Shown piece by piece: positions 22,729 through 36,400 of a stretch of DNA of 64,000 nucleotides (position 1 is its first letter; each line of letters begins with the position of its first letter). The stretch lies in contig CM102286.1 in the NCBI GenBank assembly GCA_046563655.1, positions 6,262,001 to 6,326,000 of the forward strand. Reading direction: 5' to 3'. The DNA comes from Yuukianura sp. NJ FZ-2021. Its lineage: Eukaryota. A program made the translations under genes and the position numbers. A model generated the notes under the pieces. The model had not been told where the DNA came from. It saw nothing but the letters and a program-made list of their open reading frames with translations, and searched no databases.

Positions 22729-25700
22729 AACTTCAAGCTTGACCTCTCAGTCCATCTTCTGTGGACCCACAAGATGCCAAGATCTGACCAATCAGAATCA
22801 GCATATTTTGGCCACAAATTTATTTTTGTCTAAACACATAACATATTCAATTATTCATGATCTTTTGTTTTTACTTTAAGTATCAATCACTAGAACCCCA
22901 GCAGTTGACATCCCAGGAATTTTAGTTTAAACAAGTCCACAAATAGAATAAATTTTTTCCAAGAAAGGCCAGCCTTGCCGTTCAGAAAAGTCCAACAACA
23001 CAACACAGAAATTGAAACCAGTCGCTTTTAGCGCCGTCAAGAACTTTCAACTGACCATATCAACCATCCGTTTCCGTCAACGTTTGACTGGTTCGCTGCC
23101 TGCAACTTCCAACATGGACAAACTTCGCTTCAAAAGACTTGCGCCATCCATCACATTTCCTTCCGGCTCAACTTCAACACACTTCCACAACGACTTGAAT
23201 CATATTATAATCTGCCTTCCCCGCCTCTCATATTCCCCCAAACCTTTCATTCTGACTAACTAAGCCTAAAACTGAAACTAAAACTGAAGGCTGCACATTA
23301 GAATTCATCTAAAGTGGCACTTCACACCTTATTACCGCCCAAAATCCGAAAACTTGTCCAGCCCAAAGCGTCTAGTTACAAACCTAATCCCTAAACTTCA
23401 AACTAGCCAGATTTGCGGTTAGCAAACACCGTCCAACGCATTCCTTAAGCTAAATCAGAATCTTTTCACGCCTCCAGAACCAACATAGTTGAATTTCTAA
23501 GCATGATTATACGCTCCAACTCAATTTCGAAGTATGCGCATGCGTTCCAACCGCATTTTGAACTACGCGCATGCGTTTCAACAATATATTCGCCTTGCTA
23601 AACCTGAAACCTGTACAACCTGAGTCCCTTAAGGATGTAACTGGAGGAAACCATTGTCTTTTCCACTTAACTCAAGCGTCCATCACAATTCAAATCCCAT
23701 TTTCCACCACCGCATAACATGGAGTTATCAATCAGCCAGGAGCAATTCCTGCATCCTCTCCATTGTATTTGTAGAGCAACATTGTATATCTTCCTACCTC
23801 CCAAATTAACTCCTAAACAAAACTCGTTTTGTTCATTGGGTTTGGGAAAAATATAATAATTTACTTCCTTTTGTTGTTTATCAATTCATGATTCAGAACT
23901 CGTACTGTTCGAAATGCCATTTTGTTATGGAGGAAAAGCACGAACCAACCCCCTCATTACTCAAACTCTCTAAATTTTGCAACGTAATTTGCTCCCAAGT
24001 TCATTGTTCATCTCTTGACAATGGGAAAATCTGCGTTTGGATTAAAACATCTCTCTCCAAAGAAATTCAAAATTGACTGCTAATGGCAAACGGGAATTGC
24101 TTTTAGTAGCTTTTTACAATACAAATGCTGTTCCTGACCTCACTACGTAATGTTTCGGAAAAGTGCAGGAAATCCTATGTTATTTTTTGCACTCATCCTA
24201 TGTAATCTTTTTCGCATACTATTTTCCTCTGTTATTTTTGCACAGGATCTCTCCATCCCATTAACTTCCCGTTGTCTTCCATCCATTATCCTACTTAAAC
24301 TCTGCGGAAGGAAATCGTCACATTCATCCGAATCTGAATTCATTCCTCAAAACGCAAAGCACTCTGCACTTCCTCCCTCCAACATTCCTCAGGAGACTTA
24401 AAAACTTAAGCACAGTTACATCTATATTTATACGCCTTGCTCCTCCCCATTCCCAGAAGTAGTACTAGAAGTAGACATCAATAAATTAGAAATTCCAGGA
24501 GGGTTGACATTAGCAATTACTTAAGGTAGCTAAACGCATCCAATTACTACTGAAGGTGGACTGACTACGCCCTCCTATTCTCTAGAGCCAAGAGCCTAAA
24601 ACAATGGTTCTGTTGCCTGGAACCATCCCAAATTATTCCAAAACATCAAATTAAGGGCCTTTTTCCGTCATCTTCCAACTCCAGTCCCTCCAAGGGACCA
24701 TCCCTTAACACCATTCCAGTTCAAACTACCGTAAAACTTCTAATAATTTCCGCGTCTACTCAAATTCTCAACTTCCCCCTGGCGTTTAGTGGAAAACCGA
24801 CGTTTAGTAGAAGTTTTACGAAACGCCCTAACAACATAATCTAACTTTAGTTTTTAGAATTTCAGCAGCACTCGACTCAACCTCATTTTCAAAAACAAAT
24901 CGTCCGATTTTTCAAAATTCACACCGAAAATCAAAGTCACCACACATTTCCTCTGGGCACTTCCGTGTCCACATTCCTTCATTTCAAACAATTTCGTCCA
25001 TTTCCTCAAAAAAAATCCGAAAAACCGGAACAAGAAAGCTGCTACACCGCAATCACAGTCAATCCATCCTCATCCCAATTCCCTACCGTAACATCCTGAA
25101 ATTCCTGTCCACAAAAAACTAAGAACTTCCCGCCATCACGCCAAGAAGCAAAGGTTGGTAAGACGACAGTTCAGGAAATGGGTTTCTGTTCTTCCAGAAA
25201 ACCGTCCACAACTCCCAGAAAGCCCATCTTGATCAATTGAGCTTGTCCTGGCAAACTCCTTGTCTCTCATCCGTGATCTCTGAGGAGCCCTTTCACTGCA
25301 TCTTCCTCCGAAAAAAAATCTTCTCAAACCTTTGAAAATCCTGCCTTACAGATCACAACTCCTCATTCACATTCATCCAGCGCTTAGACAATAGCCACTC
25401 TCATCCTTTACATGTGTTTCCTATACTACAAAAAAAATCCAAGCACTGGCAAGTTAAAGAACGACTTCAGATGAAATGCCCACAGCCTTGTCCATCAATT
25501 GCCTCTCCTCAGAACACACAAAATAAGAATTCCTCCACGCAGTAACGCAGAAATTGACATTCAGTTCACGCAGATCCTTACAAGACGCATTGAATAAAAA
25601 TACTTTTGTGTACACTTAAAAACATCCGTTTGTTCTCCCTTCAAACTTTTTTTTTCCTTAATTCAAAAGAGAAAACTTTTCTGGGCCATTTAAAATCTTT

Positions 25701-27228
25701 AAAGACTCAAAAGGAATTAAAAGCAAGGTTATTTCTCATCTTAACCAGACAATAAAAAAGAAAAGGCCCATTAATTTACTCTCCTTTACACTCAAAAACT
25801 TCTTCTTTTTAGAAAACCCATAAGAATCACTTTATAAATGGCAACTCAGCCTTAATAAAATAAAACTTGGATGCTGACATGGACCAATTTAAATTTAAAT
25901 CTCACAATTCCCTCCCCCATTTAATTCAACTAACAAACACAACACAGCCCGCCTTGACTCTGAACTTGAAAAACAAGCAACCGAACCGAGCGGGATTCCA
26001 ACTTACGTCAAGCTCAAAAGAAAATCTGCTTCATTTTTATTTTGAAATTTCCATAACAGGCAAATAAAATTTCTCCCTGTTCCGAAATTTCAAATCTGAC
26101 AAAAACCGTGTTTCATCCGTTTTCGTTTTCCTTTTTCAAAAGAAAACTTGAGACAGATCCCAAGCGGTGTATAAACGTTCAAATTGTAAACAAACGTCTC
26201 TGATTTTGCAATGTTTCATACTGCTTACATTTCATGAAGCAAACTGCTTTACTAACAATAAATCACAGAGCCCAGCAGCCATAAACATCCAAAACCGTTC
26301 ACATACCACTCTTCATTTTTTTTTACATCTTTAGCAATAAATCTTTAAATTGAGCGTACAAGAACCTAACGCTTTTGATCTGATTTATTGATTCCAGTGC
26401 CACAGACAAATGAAGGTGTCACACTTTGGTTAAAAGCCTCAACAAAAAGTGAAAAAAAAAAATCATGTCTCGACCACAAGGAAAAAAAAACTTTTCCGAA
26501 AAATTCAAATCTCTACCACTCATCTCTTGTGACTTACTTTTGACAATTATTTATCACAAAACTGAAATAAAAATAACATAACAATTCCCAAGTCGTGAAA
26601 ATCCTAACGGTAAAGTTTTCCTTTAGAAAGTCATTTATTTTCACAGTTCTCATTATCCCGTTCCCATTATTCCTAGCCACAAATCCTCAGGAAAAACATT
26701 ACTCGTCCTAATTTTCAAAAAAAGATAAACGCATTGTCTCATTATCGTCAACTAAAGTCCAAAGTCATCAACTAAAGTCCCACGAAAATTAAATGCGACT
26801 TAACCATGACTTCTCACATTGCATATGTCCATGCTCGCTCACGTAGTCAGTCACGTTAAGAATGTGCTGACACACTAAACTTCTCAAATGTCCACGACGA
26901 CACTTAATGTCACCATTGTCACCAACCAAAAGATCCAAAGAAACGCTCAACATAAATCATAGTAAACTTAAACTTGGCAGCATCTCTACACTTTTCTGTC
27001 ATCAATTTAACATGTTTACACAATTTTAGTTGTTGCCCAATGTTTAATGATCAAACGCTATCAATCCTTGGCAGTTTAGCAGTAGAAAGACGTGTGTAGT
27101 AGTGGGAACAAGAACAAAGTGTCCCCTGAGTCAACACCAGATAAAACAAATTACTTTTACCGTATTTCCTTGACTATAAGCCGCACTCGTGTATAAGCCG
27201 CACCAAGAAATTCTCAAAAATACCTTAA

Positions 27229-29831
27229 CCTCTTGAACCCTAAATACGACTTTAGTCGTATTTTGTTTGCGTGCTCAGGGGCCTGAATACGACTATAGTC
27301 GTACTTTCTGTGCGTGCTCAGGGGCCTGAATACGACTAAAGTCGTATTTTCTGTGCGTGCTCAGGGGCCTGAATACGACTTTAGTCGTATTCTGTTTCCG
27401 TGCTCAGGAGCCGGACTACGACTATTGTCGTATTTTTTTTCCGTTTTTAAAATAAAAAAAGAAACCTTTTGTGAAATGTTATTGGGACGGATTCCTATGG
27501 AAAATGAATTGAAAATCTTTTTATAAAAGAAGAAAATTTTGAAAAAATTGAAAAATCAATATTTTTTTAAATTTTGACAACGTAACAACGTATTCCAACG
27601 TAATTCGAACTTCTTGGCCAAAATTCAAATTATAAAAAATATTCGAAGTGAAAAAGTGTATTCTTGGACACATATTTCAGCTTTGTTTGACCCAAAAAAA
27701 TAATTAGTCTCAACTTTTCTTACATTTCTTGTGATGATGTCATATAGGAAGGTCCACATTAAAAGTATACAATAGAATTGATTATTTACTTCAACAGTTA
27801 AAAATAATTAAATATTCGAAAATAATGTAATAATGATGATACAATAGGCGTTATAAACAAATATAACCACAAAATATATCTATGCCAATATGTTTAAGTA
27901 TAAACAATTAAATAAATAAAATATAGAATGAAATGAATAGTAAATAAAACGAATTAAATAAATATAAAATATTTTAGAAATATATATATTTATATACATT
28001 TTATTAATTAATTAATTTTATTATTAAATTTTATAAAATAAGTTAAGGTAATAATAACTTTGAAAATAATATTAATAGAATAAAAAAAGATCCTACGATA
28101 AGTTATTACTAAAGATACTTTACTATTATATTATATAAAAAATTATTATTTACTATTACTTCATTATTGCCTTATTATTTTATTATTAATATTATTATTA
28201 CATAGTACTATTACATATTATATGCTTATTATACATTATTTTATTTCTTCCACCTAGATCGAATTAAGTAGAAGTATCCATTTCTATCCATTTTATCCAG
28301 CCCTTTCGTCCGGACGAAACCGGAATAAATGTATTCTCCATTGCATATCCACTGAGCGAAGCGTCAAAAAAGTGGATATCCACCAACTGAATATTAGTGT
28401 GCTCGCATGGATAAAATATTTTTTCCATGCACTAGATGAGGTGCAAGTATCTGGAAGTATCAATTTCTATCCAGTCATTTCGTCCGGATAAAACTGGATG
28501 AAATACATTATCCACTGAACAAAACGTTTATTAACTTATTATTACAAAATTAATTCTTATATTATTATTTATAACTATTATTAATTAATTATTATTATTA
28601 ATGAAAATTAATTATTAATATTAATAAAAATTAATTATTATTAATAATTATTATAAAAAAATTTAAAATTACAACATAATTGAAAAAACAAACTTTCTAT
28701 TCACCGTTAAATCTAAAAAAATATACAAATAATACACACCCGGCGGGTAAAGCTCCGCTCCTTTGGATTCATTCATTTCGTCCATTTCTTCCACTGGATA
28801 TCCAGTCGTAGATGAAATGTCGAACAAGTGGATATCCGCCAATACTGATGTTTGTGATATGTTTCAGTGAAAATTTACTGAAATTTAATATTTTAATTAA
28901 TTAATTAATTAATTAAAAAATTAACTAACTGCTTTATTAGCATTAATTATTATTAAATAATTAATTATTATTTTATTGTGAATTAGTCAATCAATTTCTT
29001 AAATTTTGTTTTATTTGAATGAAAAATCTCAATATAATATATAATATAATTATACAGTGTAACGTTTGTGATATATATCAATGAAAATTTAGTAAAATTT
29101 TTATTTTATTTAATTTATTTATTTACTAATTAATTATTTTATTACTATGAATTATTATTACAGAATTTCAAAAATTCCAAAATATTGTTGTATTTTTTTC
29201 AAATGTCATCACACCTTCTAACTTACTAGCTTTTCACTTTTTGGAAAAAAGGGTATTTTCAAAAATGCAGAATTTCGCTGAGCTGAGCAGCCTCGCCATA
29301 TTCAATACTTATGTTAGCATATGATATTATTACAATCAAAAATGTTGCACTCGTCATGAAAAGTTGAGAAAATGGTTTTTGGTTGTCAAAAAAGTGTAAA
29401 ATGCCCAGAAATAAATTTTCTAACAGTAATTTGAATTTTGCTTAAAAAGGACGAATTACTTCGGGAAACACTTTTTCGGTTTTTTTTTAAATTCTTGAAT
29501 TTTTTTTTCAAAAAAAATTAGGGGTGTATGTACATGTACTAAGGCAATTGACAAGAAACTCCAAAATTTTTGTATCATATTCCAAAAAAAAATTGGAATT
29601 TGTGTCAAACTAATCCGGCACCAACATTATGTTAGATTGTGTATTTAATTTTGGGTCAAATATGTGAGAAAATATCGGGGCATAAATCCGGCCACTTGTG
29701 TCACCCCACAAAAAAAATGGCGTCGCCCTGGAATCGTAACAATATTTTAATTTAGTCAGCCGTGGTAACCAATGGAAATTAAAAGAGGGCCGAAAAACAA
29801 ACACCTCGAAAATAATTCAGGGTTCAAGAGG
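27229..29831. mobile_element. Non-autonomous piggyBac-type element nested in the pogo
   Basis: TTAA at 27225-27228 and 29832-29835, 13-bp perfect TIR CCTCTTGAACCCT, very AT-rich non-coding interior. Confidence 0.8.
27239..27435 (+). repeat. Subterminal tandem array of five ~43-bp units, each with the palindrome TACGACT(W)(W)AGTCGTA
   Basis: Unit is approximately CCTGAATACGACTATAGTCGTATTTTCTGTGCGTGCTCAGGGG and starts within the left TIR; the fifth copy is degenerate. Confidence 0.9.
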
Positions 29832-29944
29832 TTAATAGCGCGAAAACCTGTAGTTTAAAGTTAAGAACTGAGATTTCACACCTGGTTTCTTACCCTTGCG
29901 GTCAAGTTAATTTCTACATCAGTATAACTCTTAAGTTTTTAACG

Positions 29945-30435
29945 ATGGATGGACCAAAGGTCACTCGCAAATCGTACACGGCAGAATTTAAGCTTCTGGT
30001 CTGTCGGAGAGCCGAGGCAGTTGGCAATCGTCCTGCTGCTCGTGAATTCTCAATTGATGAGCGCAGTATTCGCCTGTGGAGGAAATCGCAAGACAGTCTT
30101 TCCAAAATAAAGAAAAAGACTGGTCAGAAAAGTTGGAACTTTTTCGCGCTTATGTGGCTGAAAAGAAGTGTCTGGGTTCAATCTCCACAAAAAATATTCT
30201 CAACATGGACGAAGTTCCGTGTCAATTTGATTTGCCTGACACCAGAACCATCGCTGAAACGGGTCAAAAGGATGTCACATTGGTTACCACTGGCTCTGAG
30301 AAAAAAAGTTTCACGGTAATCTTGGCCGTAGGTGCTGAAGGGGAGAAATTGGTGGGACGGATTTGCTCAATTGACACTAGATTAGAACAGTTTAACGTAG
30401 AGTCTAGTACGTTTTCACACAATTCCTACTCTTGA
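29945..30435 (+). pseudogene. pogo transposase remnant: Brinker-type DNA-binding N-terminus joined out of frame to the start of a DDE_1 domain
   Basis: RKSYTAEFKLLVCRRAEAVGNRPAAREFSIDERSIRLWRK (BrkDBD-like HTH), then in another frame NILNMDEVPCQFDLP...TTGSEKKSFTVILAVGAEGEKL (first catalytic Asp). The CENP-B HTH and the rest of the DDE domain are missing. Confidence 0.85.
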
Positions 30436-33400
30436 TTAAAAAAATCTTTAGTTTTCAGGAAAAGAGAAATTTTTTTTTCAAAATTTTCCGAAATTTCTTA
30501 GATATGCCGCGGCTTGTAGTCAAGGAAATACGGTAATACAAATAAATTCTCTCCCACTGGTTCCTTTCCAACTTTACTACTAAAAGATGCACTTTAATAT
30601 CAAAAAAGTTCCATTTTGGACAAAGATCATGTTACAACTCCACTTTAACAAAGAGAACAAATAAGATGAGACACGACACAAACATCTCTTGTAAGCATCT
30701 CCACCCTCCATTACTACTAAAACAGTATAACGTCGCATCACATTAAAAAAATATAACACAAAGTAAAAGTCAACGCAAATGCAATTTGCGTGATCCATCA
30801 AAACGGAGATGCTCGTCTTTCCGTTTTTCAAAAAACAAGATCCAACGTGAACTCTAATTTCCGGAGGAACAGAGTGCGATAGATCGTGTTTCCTTTCCTC
30901 ACTTAATTTTTACGCCTAGATGAACTCTTTAGACATGCACGGATGTCATACAGCATCACATTTCTCTACTTCGTATTCCTTAGTTTTACATTACACAAAA
31001 ACATTTCAACTAAATCCGACAAAATTCACACAAATCCAACTTTTAGTCGGCCTCTTTTCTAGCATCCGCTTCAATTTTTAATTAAGCCCTAACTTTCAAC
31101 AAAGTTCCAAACTTCAAAAATTAAATCCCGCGGCACACTAAAACTCTGCAAACTCTGAAAATCGTACTCTCAGAGTTTCAGTGACGAATCAAACTCCGCA
31201 ACATCGATCTGTGTTTCCCGCCGTTTTAATCCATGGCATAAACCGATCCACACCCCTAACATTTTCCTCCGGTCAGTAAATGACCGCTTTTACTATTTCT
31301 ACTAAAACCGAGCTGGAATTGAACTGGGAACCCCTCAAATCCAATGAATCTTTTATGACATAGGAACAACAGTTAGTCTCTGGGATTTTCACCAACTTCC
31401 CTTTGTTATGACTAATCAGGAAACGTAAAAACGGGCAAAACCCTAACCTCCCTGAACATAAAAGCACTTGGGAATGAAGACACAACAATCCGCCATTACT
31501 GTGGGGATCCGCCAAATCAATTTTTCTCCCACTGTGCTAAAACTAGGCTTTCATTTCATTATACCAAAAAACCGTTCATTTTCTCAAGACACAAACAGTC
31601 GTAAAATGTTCATACTGAATCTCAATGAATGCCGTGAGATCCAATCTCTCATCCGGTAATAAACTTAAAGCCAAACTAAAACAACGGGGGAAACTATTTG
31701 GGGCAAAACAGTAAACTTTTAGCAAGATTTACAAGTCTAGTCGAAATCCATACTCCGTGCTTCATTGCTCATAGTGCTTAAAACTACTTTTGCAAAAAGT
31801 TCTCATGTTTCAGCCATTAAACAGGCATCTTAAAGCTAACTACGTGACCCAACCACATTACGTTTTCCACCCAAAACGGAAATTGTTGCAAATTATTCAG
31901 AAAACGAGACCAGCCCCTCCACGTCACTTTTAAGCCTAAACATTTTAAGTTTTCAACTTATCGTCCAAACTGTTTTTCGCAAATTCGGGAACCACCCTTG
32001 CTAAGCTACTAGAGTAGCACAAAATTTGAATAATTCTTACATTGTTTAGTCCAAAGTTACAAATTCCCTAGTAAATTGCACATTGAAAACCAGTGAACAC
32101 CCCAAAAAGTTACCATAGTCAAAGTTCAAAGACCGCTCAATTCAAAATTGAACTTCACCGCGTAAATTACCGTCGTTAGTACTATTAGTCTTCCCAGCCC
32201 CGAGCTAAAAGCCAACTTTAATCTGCGCAGACACAGACAAAGTAGTGTGCTTAAGTAAGAGCTCTCTTCGCACAAGTCGTGGGGCTCTGCCCTCGCCCTT
32301 GATGATGAGTTCAAGTTCAAAATCACTGCGAAAAGAAGTTACATGCGAAAATTAATGGCATAATAACTCCCATCCCAGGTTACGCCTCTCTAATTACCTC
32401 TGGGCTCTTATCCCTTATCCCACCTAAAATCAGCTTCACTTTATTGAGTTTATTGGCCTCTCTATTATTCTCTACATGTATATTCTACATATACCCTTTG
32501 TAGTCTACACTTTGCAAAATTAATACGCTTACAGCTTACGCACCAAATTACATTATTCACGACTCCCAATATTGAATTAGCCCCCAACGAATATCCGTAA
32601 CACTCAAAATCCGGTTTTCCATCACAGCCGTAGAAGCAACAATTCCTCTATGCATGTTCTCACAGTCCAACACCCTCCTCTAGAATTTTAGTTTAGAAAA
32701 GCCTCAAGAGCCTTAACAATACTTCCAGCATCATCCCTCACTGACAAGCCATAGGAAATAAATCACATCATCTCCCCAAACCAGATTCCATGCACCCTAT
32801 ATACTCAAAATGCACACGAGGAAAGCGGGAATATAAACCGAAATTCGGAGTGAAACCGAAAGTTTCAGAGTTATTCCATACAAGAAAGCAGGAAACTCTC
32901 CCCTCCCTAGCCGTAACATACTCCCCGCTTAAAAGTGTGCATAGCCCTTGAAACTCAGCAGGACAATTTCTCCACGGAGCAAAGCCCGGTGTACACAACT
33001 AATGATAAAATATATGGCATTTTGAAGGGGGTTATTACACTTTACCAACTCTGAACTAATTTCCACTTAAACTATGTGTAACATGATAGCACCCAATTCC
33101 TAGTCTCTGGCCTACCAAATTTAGCCTCGTGGCAACCAACCACAACAAAAAGCATATCCTAAATATTACATAACTGTTCACACCTCGCCTGCATTGTTTA
33201 ACTTTCCTTTCATCATATGCACAAGAACTCAAAAGAAAACAAAATCAGCTTTCCTTTAAACAGCCTCCCCTTACCACACTCGTGCGGCTTCCAAAGTTAC
33301 ATAATCTAATGAAACAAAATTACCCTAAATCCTCGCATATACCGTTGGTACTTTAGCTCACAAATGAAATTGGCGCCAAACAGCTCATCTTTTTTTGAAA

Positions 33401-36400
33401 AATGACACTTTTGGACATGACACTCCTAGGTTTTGGTCCAATCAAATGAAAATTCTCATCTCCTTGAAGGCCATTCCGTGTCAACGTTACGACCCTCTTT
33501 TCTTCCCAATTTTCAAGCAATTGAGTAAGCTTTTGGCCAAGGCCAAGGCGTCGTTTTCGTAATGATCTGTCATTTTCCGTCCATGTGCTCCCCACACAAA
33601 ATTCCTTCCAGAAACATTCCTTAGCTGAAAGTTCAGTATCTCAGGACCCCTTGAACACTTTTTCCATTTATCCCAAAGCTGTTAAGCTGTTCCAGCTTCC
33701 CCGTTGACAAAAATCTTCAATCGTCAGAGACTTTATGAAACATGGTTTTCAAAAATTTTAAAAAATAAAAGGAAATATGAACTTCCAGCTCTTGCAGCGT
33801 CAAATTCAACAAGAGCATCTCTGAGCAAACATAACTTCAACTTTTCTTTACACTTTATCCGTCATATTTCAAGAAAGAGAAAGAATACTTGTGTTCGTTG
33901 TGGCGTGTCTAAACCTAATTACGTTTACTTTCTAGAAGATCCAGGATCCACTTTCAAGTCCCGCGGCTACGCATACGGATCTTCCGATATCCGCTTTGCA
34001 ACATATTCCCATGTTTCAAAAAAAAAAAAAAAATGGCGGGAGCACAAAAACTGGCGGGAATGCCAAAAACTTTCCTCCAGAACCCAGAAATGTTGCTTTT
34101 AGCGAATCCATCTCATATTTCTTATTTCAAATTTCAGAACTTTCACTTTCTACATCTGCCAGGCGCCATGAATAATCTTTCTCCTTGCCGAAAAACAAAT
34201 TCATCAACTAATGAATCCACTTCTGCCTAAACATTTCAAATTCCAGCCGCGTCTTCCGAAACTCTAAAAACACATTTTTTTTACTTCCACTCTACATCAG
34301 TTCAAACCCTGAGAAAAGATATTAAACATCACATGTTTCATCTTGTAAATCTCCATGATTCATGTTCCGAAACAGCATGGGCGGTGTTCTTTTCCGTTCT
34401 AAAAGTCCTTATAGAAAAGCATTTCAAAAGCTTGTGAGCCGGTCATTACAAAAAAAAACATTTCAAAAAGTTGTGGGACAAATCTTCCCATTAACTTCAA
34501 CCAGCAGCAGCTTCAGTCCAGAGTTCTACAATTTAAAAAAATCTCTTGAAACTTCCCGCTTCCAAAATGGACACCGGAGCAAATCAAGTTCATAAGTTCA
34601 GAGATCTAGCTGAATTGCCATTCCCGTGTCACATCCAAAGCTCCAGAATTGGTCGTAACTTCCCACAACCCCAAAAGCCCAGTCAATCATCACCAGGCCG
34701 TTGCCATGGTAGCCGTCAACGCAGTCTAGAGACAATCTGTTCCTCTTGAGACTTCTGTGGGAAGATGGAAGGGATAGAGGGGGAGAAAGTGGCTTCATGG
34801 CTTCAAAGAAACCTAAACCTTCAAAATCCAAGTCCGCGTGTAGCACTACGCAAGTATCGCAAAAGTGTCTGAAGCTCTCCAAAATGTCCCTACTGTATCA
34901 GTATCACATGGCAAGGATGGCCGTACTTCCCAGCATTCTGGCCTCCGATCCAGAAATCTCCCTGGTAAGGCAAAACCCTAGTCCAGACTGTATACGCGTC
35001 TCTTACGCATGACGTTGACGTTGTGGCACCCCCTTCGTCTCGCTATATCCAAAGTGCACTGCATTTGGAACCTTCGGGAATGTTTCCAAGGGCAAGGTTT
35101 CCACCGTAGACGAACAGACTAAAGTAGCGAAAGCGAACCAGGGCAAACAGGGGGAATTTGGTGGTACAGAAGCATCTCTAGAAGAAAATAGTGGCAGAGC
35201 ATAGCAAAAGCTACTACCAAAGGACCTCATCAACTGGAAGATGCGATTGCGCTCCACTTTGACTCAACAATTCTTTCATCTTCCACTCCAGCATCCAACA
35301 GAAGAAGGCAAGAGCAGAATAGAAAATGGTTCAACTTAACGCTACTTCTGAACAAGGCGGAGGGTTGAAATTACACTGAGGAGGGTTGGAACCAACAGAT
35401 CAATAAACGAGATCTAGCCATACCAAAAAGCAGTACAGAAGGAAAGCAAAGATCCAACGCCTAACCTAACCATAACCTAAGGAACCTAACGTATAACATC
35501 TTAAGCATTTCTTAGCTCCAAATCTTCTGCCTAGCGTAACACTCCATTTCCAAATTCGCGAAAAATAGCTTCCTTCAAAACAGCATCCGACACTCGCACT
35601 TTTATCTTGGCTTTTCAAAGCCAAGAAAAAGCCATTTGGGATTTGAAATATTCTCTCGCAAAAACACACAAAAAACTTAATTCAAAAAAACCTGTCTTGC
35701 CACTTTTCCTTTCTCTTAACCTCAAAAGTATTTCTCGGAAAAAGTTAAGTTGATGGATGAACTCCATCCCAATATTTAAGTACCCCCAGCAGAACACATA
35801 GAAAGTGAGAGGAATCCCATTACACCGCCTTCCCCTTAACTCTTCCAGAAGATCCAATTAAAATTACTTATGTATGTGAAGTGGGAGAAGATTTTTCGTA
35901 GGTAGCAAAGTAGCGACAGAACCAGGCCCATTACAACACAAAAATCTTCCCCAGTCTGTACTAATTTTTTACATAAAAGACGCTGCTACAGATTTCGCTA
36001 CAACTCATCAGCATGTTACCCGCCGTACTTCAACCAGACAGAGCAGAGGTTGAAGTACGGACACCCTCCTAAGTATAATTCACAAAAACCACTTCAAACC
36101 ATCTGTGCAGACAGATATTTTTTTGACGTAGCCAATTTTTACTTTTCAACTTTGCACAACAGAAGCAATTAGGAACCTGAATCCGCCCTTAAAAGCTTCC
36201 AACGAAAAAAGAAACAACTTTTTAAAAAATCTACAAAAAAAAATCGTCATAATACGCACATGGAACTTGGTGCTTTAAAAAAACTGTGCCAGCATCTCCC
36301 TTACAAAATCAACTTCCTTCCTAGTTATCCCCTTTCCAACGTTGACACACTTAAAAACCGAAACATACTTAAAAAAGATAACTTAAAAAAAAACTAAAAA

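Larger units (their letters stand above)
27160..30533 (+). mobile_element. Internally deleted pogo-family (POGK-like) DNA transposon
   Basis: 25-bp TIRs CCGTATTTCCTTGACTA(T/C)AAGCCGC, TA duplication at 27158-27159 and 30534-30535, transposase remnants at 29945-30435. Confidence 0.9.

Noticed and set aside
24727..24822. Second CCGTA-type MITE remnant
   Set aside because: The right end is degraded and has no TSD, so boundaries cannot be supported.
27239..27435. CRISPR-like array of palindromic repeats
   Set aside because: The intervening sequences are near-identical rather than unique spacers, there are no cas genes, the context is eukaryotic, and the array lies at a transposon end.
36023..36060. 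13-bp-stem hairpin CCGTACTTCAACC...GGTTGAAGTACGG
   Set aside because: Isolated and too short to assign as a miRNA, terminator or element.
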